64,000 nucleotides of DNA from NCBI GenBank assembly GCA_026625185.1, contig CP113000.1, forward strand, positions 855,161 through 919,160, given 5' to 3'. This document shows, piece by piece, positions 59,420 through 64,000 of the stretch. The notes under the pieces are model-generated. The model did not search any database. It worked only from the letters and a program-made list of their open reading frames with translations, and was not told the DNA's origin. Made by a program: the position numbers and the translations under genes. How positions within the stretch are numbered: the stretch's first letter is position 1; each line of letters starts with the position of its first letter. The stretch comes from Thermodesulfobacteriota bacterium (GTDB taxonomy: Bacteria > Desulfobacterota > WTBG01 > JAGOGO01).

Positions 59420-59448
59420 CCCGGTTAGATCTCAAATATCTAACCGGG
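59420..59448. terminator. Perfect 11-bp stem hairpin (CCCGGTTAGAT-ctcaaat-ATCTAACCGGG) between the convergent hemY and epimerase genes; copy X2 of the repeat at 34942
   Basis: It is a perfect inverted repeat lying between two stop codons. There is no U-tract. Confidence 0.4.
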
Positions 59449-59470
59449 TAAAGAAGTACGGGTTAAATGC

Positions 59471-60409
59471 TCAGCGTGAAATCCTTCTAACGGGGTTTGC
59501 TTTAAAAAATTCGATTGTCTTTTTCAACCCTTCATCGAATTCGACCTTAGGCTCCCACCCTAATGTCTGTTTAGCTTTTTCTGCGGAGAGGACACTGCGG
59601 AATTGCTCTCCTTTTTGGGGTTCTCCGTGAACTTCCAGCGCCTCCGCATGAGCGAGAGACTGAATCTTTGTGAAAAGATAATTAACCGTTGTTTCCTTTC
59701 CGGTGCCGACATTGAATGGCCCCTTTATGCCATCTTTTAAGGCCAGCACATTTATCCGGGCCACATCTTCCACATACACAAAGTCTCGGGTCTGTTCCCC
59801 GTTTCCATTGATGATCGGTTGCTTTCCGGTCAGCATGCTTTGGGAAAAAATAGCAATCACCCCGGCCTCACCCAGAGGATCCTGCCGAGGACCGTAAACA
59901 TTAGCATAGCGAAGCGCTACATAGGGGAGGTCAAAGTTGTTTTGGTAATAGTAAAGATAACTTTCTCCGGATAGTTTAGCTACCCCGTAAGGGCTCAGGG
60001 GTCTCAGCGGATGTTTTTCGTCAGCAGGGAAATAATCCTGTTCACCGTAAATAGCTCCTCCTGAGGAAGCAAAGATTATTTTTTTTACCCCGTATTCCCG
60101 GCTTAATTCCAGGAGGTGAACAGTTCCCCGGATGTTGATTTCTAAGTCATAAATCGGGTCGGTTACTGAATCTCGAACGCTCACCTGGGCAGCATGGTGG
60201 TTTAGAACATCAGGCTTTTCCTTACCAAAAATCTCCTCTAAGCTTTCGTCTCGAATATCAAGGTGATAAAAGGATGCCGCAGGGTTAATATTAGCTTTTT
60301 TCCCGTTCGAAAGGTTATCAATGATGATAACCTGATGACCTTCCTTGATAAGGAGATCGGCGATATGGGAACCAATAAAACCTGCGCCGCCAGTAAGCAT
60401 TATTTTCAT
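59471..60409 (-). CDS. NAD-dependent epimerase/dehydratase (UDP-glucose 4-epimerase-like SDR)
   Basis: The product has TGGAGFIGSH and the YxxxK catalytic motif. Confidence 0.8.
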   Translation of the reverse strand: MKIMLTGGAGFIGSHIADLLIKEGHQVIIIDNLSNGKKANINPAASFYHLDIRDESLEEIFGKEKPDVLNHHAAQVSVRDSVTDPIYDLEINIRGTVHLLELSREYGVKKIIFASSGGAIYGEQDYFPADEKHPLRPLSPYGVAKLSGESYLYYYQNNFDLPYVALRYANVYGPRQDPLGEAGVIAIFSQSMLTGKQPIINGNGEQTRDFVYVEDVARINVLALKDGIKGPFNVGTGKETTVNYLFTKIQSLAHAEALEVHGEPQKGEQFRSVLSAEKAKQTLGWEPKVEFDEGLKKTIEFFKANPVRRISR

Positions 60410-60448
60410 CGAAATATCCTTTTTATACTATGAACAAAATAAGAAACC

Positions 60449-61465
60449 TCAGGCGCCATAATATACCTGATACCAACCCACAAATTTTTTCACCCCTTCT
60501 TCAATCGGAGTGGTGGGTTTAAAATCAACATCCTTTATTAAGTTCTCAACATCAGCAAACGTTGCAGGAACATCACCCGGCTGGAGGGGTAAAAAATTTT
60601 TCTTGGCTTTTCTTCCCAGGCATTCTTCTAAGATCTCGATGAGGTATAAAAGCTTCACCGGGTTATTATTTCCAATGTTATAAAGTTTAAACGGAGCCGC
60701 GCTCGTTGCCGGATCAGGATTTTCGCTGCTCCATTTTGGGTTAGAATCCGGAATTCTTTTCATCACCCTGATAACACCTTCGATGATATCATCGATATAG
60801 GTGAAATCACGTTCCATATTGCCGAAGTTATAAATATCAATGGGTCGATTTTCCAACATCGCCTTGGTAAAAAGAAAGAGAGCCATATCCGGCCTTCCCC
60901 AGGGACCATAAACGGTAAAAAACCTAAGGCCAGTAGTGGGAATGCCAAATAAGTAACTGTAACTATGAGCCATCAATTCATTTGCTTTCTTCGTTGCCCC
61001 ATAAAGGGAAATCGGATGGTCAACATTTTGATGGACAGAAAACGGCATCCTGGTATTTAATCCATAGACTGAGCTGGATGAGGCAAAGACCAGGTTTTTT
61101 ACCTTAGCGTGCCGGCAGCCTTCCAGGATATTTAAAAACCCATAGATGTTACTATCAAGATAATTATAAGGGTTAATAAGCGAGTACCTCACTCCTGCCT
61201 GAGCTGCAAGGTTAACCACAACGTCAAATTCTTCGGACTTAAATAAAGAAAGAATATCTTCTTTCTTTTCCAAGGAAAGTTTGATAAATTTAAATTTCTT
61301 TTTGCTCTCCAGTTGTGCTAAACGGGCCTTTTTTAATGCGACATCATAATAATCATTTAAGTTATCAATGCCGACAACCTCATCCCCCTCTTCTATCAAT
61401 CGCTTACAGAGGTGAAACCCGATAAACCCGGCTGCACCGGTTACCATTTTTTTACTTTTTGACAC
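60449..61465 (-). CDS. UDP-glucuronate 4-epimerase-like NAD-dependent epimerase
   Basis: [38 protein letters not shown]...[32 protein letters not shown] closely matches Gla/Cap1J-type enzymes. Confidence 0.75.
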   Translation of the reverse strand: MSKSKKMVTGAAGFIGFHLCKRLIEEGDEVVGIDNLNDYYDVALKKARLAQLESKKKFKFIKLSLEKKEDILSLFKSEEFDVVVNLAAQAGVRYSLINPYNYLDSNIYGFLNILEGCRHAKVKNLVFASSSSVYGLNTRMPFSVHQNVDHPISLYGATKKANELMAHSYSYLFGIPTTGLRFFTVYGPWGRPDMALFLFTKAMLENRPIDIYNFGNMERDFTYIDDIIEGVIRVMKRIPDSNPKWSSENPDPATSAAPFKLYNIGNNNPVKLLYLIEILEECLGRKAKKNFLPLQPGDVPATFADVENLIKDVDFKPTTPIEEGVKKFVGWYQVYYGA

Positions 61466-61793
61466 TTTATTTGTCTCCCCCTGATTTAGGAACCATTTTT
61501 TACCTTACCTTATATACTAAAATTCTCCTCTTAAGGCGAGGATTTTTTTCCTTTTTGACGATAAGCAAATATTTTAAAGTAGCGCATTAGGCTCAGTATG
61601 ACTAAACCCATAAAAAAGAAAAAATCTCATATTTTTTACAAAGTTAACATGCTGATTTAATAAATATTTTTAATACCAGCCCATCCTATCGGCTTATAGA
61701 GGCATGAATTGACTTAAGAATTTAGATGGGTTATAAGATAAAATTAATTAATGTTCATTAAACAAATCATCGGACAAAAAAGGAGTATCATTA

Positions 61794-64000
61794 ATGGCCT
61801 TGACCAAAGGTAACAACGTCGCAGAATTAGAAAAACTCCGGTCTCTGATCGCTTATAACGAGAGCTTAAAAAATATTACTCATCAGCTCCACCTTGCTGA
61901 AAACATTGATGATATTTTGATAAATTTTAAAGATAATATCCTTGCACTCTTTGATGCCGAGAGGATCACGATTTATGCGGTTGATCATGCCAAAAGGGAA
62001 ATCTACTCAAAAATGAAAGAGGGAAATGAGATAACCGAGATTCGTCTTCCGATCGATCGGTCGAGTATTGCCGGATACTGCGCTTCTACCGGAAAAATAG
62101 TCAGTATAAACAACGCGTATGATGATAAAGAATTATATGGTTATTCTCCGGACTTAGGATTCGATAAAACTTGGGATTTGAAGACCGGTTTCAAGACGCT
62201 GCAGGTACTTGCTGCTCCATTTCTTTATGAGAAATATTTAATGGGGGTTATCCAATTGTTGAACAAAAAAACAGGGGCTACCTTTACCCAGGAAGACAAA
62301 CAAATTGCAGCTGAAATGGCGGATGTGTTGGGATTAGCTTTTTATAATCAGATTCAAAAAGCAAAAAGGAAGCCTACCAAATTTGATTATCTTCTCAGCA
62401 ATAACATTATATCCCAGAAGGAATTAGAGGACGCCTCTATCCGAGCACGGGTGACCCAAGGGGATATCATTAAATTTCTCATAAATTCTTACAAAATTTC
62501 CAAACAGGATATTGGTAAAAGCTTCAGTGAGTTTTATGGTGTTAAATACCAGGAGTTCGACCCCAAAATCATTTTTAACCAAAGCATTGTTCGAAAACTA
62601 AAGGCTGATTTTATGAAGAAAAGTCTTTGGATGCCCTTTAAAGAGGAGGGAAACAATCTGGTTGTTCTTATTGACGATCCCCATGACATCCGTAAACGAG
62701 ATGCGATCGAGCAGTGGGTGAAGTTTAACTATGTCAGGGCTAAAAAAGTTGAATACTGGGTCTCTCTTCCTGAAGATATTATCCAGTTTATCAATAGCGC
62801 CCTTCACACCAAAGAACTTGGTACAGAAGAAGACCCAACGTGGAAAGCAGGGACACTGAGGGTTGAATCTGTCGATATCCAAGACCTTCTTGGCGAATTG
62901 GAGGAAGGGGTTGAAGCTGATATTGAGGTGCCGGAATCTTTTTTTGATGAGGTAAAAGAATCTGACAGTAAAGTAGTCCAGTTAGCCAATAAGATTATTA
63001 TTGATGGTTATAACCAGGGGGTTTCGGACATCCACATCGAACCTTACCTGGGAAGGAAAGATACGGAAATCCGGTTTCGTCGGGACGGAGTCTGTTTTAA
63101 ATATTTGGAAGTCCCCCCTAGCCATACCAATGCCCTCATCTCCCGATTAAAAATCATGGCCCGGCTCCGCATCGAAGAAAAGCGTCTTCCCCAGGATGGA
63201 AAAATAAGGATGAGATATAAAAACAAAGACATTGAACTTCGAGTCGCAACGGTTCCTACTACCGGGGGCAATGAAGATATGGTTTTAAGGATCTTACCCT
63301 CAGGAGAGACACTTCCGGTTGATAAAATGAATTTTTCAGAAAGAAACTTGAGGATATTTCAAAATATCGCTGACCGCCCGTATGGCTTAATCCTTTGTGT
63401 CGGGCCCACGGGATCTGGAAAAACCACTACGCTTCATTCGATCCTGGGATACATTAATAAGGTTGACCGAAAAATCTGGACTGCAGAAGATCCGGTGGAA
63501 ATCACCCAATACCGCCTCCGTCAGGTCCAAATTAACCCTAATATTAAAACCCAGGATGGACATAGATACGACTTTGCCACCGCAATGCGGGCCTTTCTCC
63601 GCGCCGACCCGGATGTTATCATGGTGGGTGAAATGCGAGATTCAGAGACAGCAAACATTGGAATTGAAGCCTCGCTTACTGGCCATTTAGTCTTCAGCAC
63701 CCTCCATACTAATAGTGCGCCGGAAACGATTACTCGCCTGATTGATATGGGTCTTGATCCGTTTAATTTTGCTGATGCTCTTTTAGGTGTTTTAGCCCAG
63801 CGTTTAGTAAGAACAATTTGCCAGGAATGTAAAGAATCCTATCACCCTTCTAAGAAAGACTTTGAGGCAATAGTGAGAGAATATGGGGAGAGTGATTTTG
63901 AAAAACTTGGGATTAGGTTTAGTGATAAATTTGTTCTTTACCGGGGAAAGGGTTGTACAGCCTGCAGCCGCTCTGGATTAAAAGGCCGGACTGCTCTTCA
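61794..64000 (+). CDS. GspE/PilB-family secretion or type IV pilus ATPase with N-terminal GAF and T2SSE_N (MshEN-like) domains; the gene continues beyond the window edge
   Basis: It has a ribosome-binding site, the Walker A motif VGPTGSGKTTT and a tetracysteine (CQEC...CTAC). The frame is open to the window end. Confidence 0.85.
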   Translation, partial: MALTKGNNVAELEKLRSLIAYNESLKNITHQLHLAENIDDILINFKDNILALFDAERITIYAVDHAKREIYSKMKEGNEITEIRLPIDRSSIAGYCASTGKIVSINNAYDDKELYGYSPDLGFDKTWDLKTGFKTLQVLAAPFLYEKYLMGVIQLLNKKTGATFTQEDKQIAAEMADVLGLAFYNQIQKAKRKPTKFDYLLSNNIISQKELEDASIRARVTQGDIIKFLINSYKISKQDIGKSFSEFYGVKYQEFDPKIIFNQSIVRKLKADFMKKSLWMPFKEEGNNLVVLIDDPHDIRKRDAIEQWVKFNYVRAKKVEYWVSLPEDIIQFINSALHTKELGTEEDPTWKAGTLRVESVDIQDLLGELEEGVEADIEVPESFFDEVKESDSKVVQLANKIIIDGYNQGVSDIHIEPYLGRKDTEIRFRRDGVCFKYLEVPPSHTNALISRLKIMARLRIEEKRLPQDGKIRMRYKNKDIELRVATVPTTGGNEDMVLRILPSGETLPVDKMNFSERNLRIFQNIADRPYGLILCVGPTGSGKTTTLHSILGYINKVDRKIWTAEDPVEITQYRLRQVQINPNIKTQDGHRYDFATAMRAFLRADPDVIMVGEMRDSETANIGIEASLTGHLVFSTLHTNSAPETITRLIDMGLDPFNFADALLGVLAQRLVRTICQECKESYHPSKKDFEAIVREYGESDFEKLGIRFSDKFVLYRGKGCTACSRSGLKGRTAL

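Overview
This 64-kb window is a chromosomal segment of a diderm, probably anaerobic bacterium of uncertain lineage, about 43% GC and with GGAGG-type ribosome-binding sites. It contains no rRNA, no intact tRNA and no CRISPR array. Most of it is ordinary operonic coding sequence; the content is listed below in order along the window.

- 1-5.0 kb, minus strand: a metabolic operon with two tandem family III CoA-transferases, a MaoC-type dehydratase split into two genes, a Zn alcohol dehydrogenase and a GNAT acetyltransferase.
- 5.9-9.8 kb, plus strand: housekeeping genes rho, rpmE, prfA and prmC. prmC appears to use a non-canonical start codon.
- 9.8-26 kb: an osmoadaptation-like neighbourhood. 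It holds a glycerate kinase, a GpgS-like glycosyl-3-phosphoglycerate synthase, a ClC channel with CBS domains, MscS, an SPFH protein, a TreT-like GT4, treY, a GH57 enzyme and treZ.
- 26-39 kb: a cell-envelope block with MarR, RmuC, an orphan 3' fragment of a PAS sensor gene, an AsmA-family protein, an M48/LysM lipoprotein, GT4, GT2, an LPS kinase and a LarE-like PP-loop ATPase.
- 39-52.8 kb: a patchy accessory-like stretch.
  - It carries REP/REPIN doublets and a remnant of a REP-associated tyrosine transposase.
  - It has three copies of a palindromic operator that overlap -10 boxes.
  - It encodes a membrane DUF4145-like protein, a HigA-like regulator, a small acidic protein and an AT-rich hypothetical gene.
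  - It contains a GC-rich patch with a PLP-dependent decarboxylase.
  - It ends in gene remnants: a radical-SAM N-terminus, a transposase Zn-ribbon piece and a tRNA 3'-end fragment.
  - Core genes cysK, a DUF1015 protein and an MtaB-like methylthiotransferase sit inside this stretch.
- 52.8-64 kb: a GYD protein, a DHH/DHHA1 phosphoesterase directly upstream of a CdaA diadenylate cyclase fused to a YbbR domain, a GNAT, the hemE-hemH-hemY operon, two NAD-dependent sugar epimerases and a partial PilB/GspE-family ATPase with an N-terminal GAF domain.

The observations I rate most interesting are these:
- an in-frame UGA with a downstream GC hairpin inside a 5'-nucleotidase-like gene;
- a 118-nt structured repeat upstream of two genes;
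- the operator-controlled accessory genes;
- the REPIN and transposase-remnant landscape.

I cannot nominate a single convincing new multi-gene system from the sequence alone. All family assignments rest on motif and family recognition without database searches.
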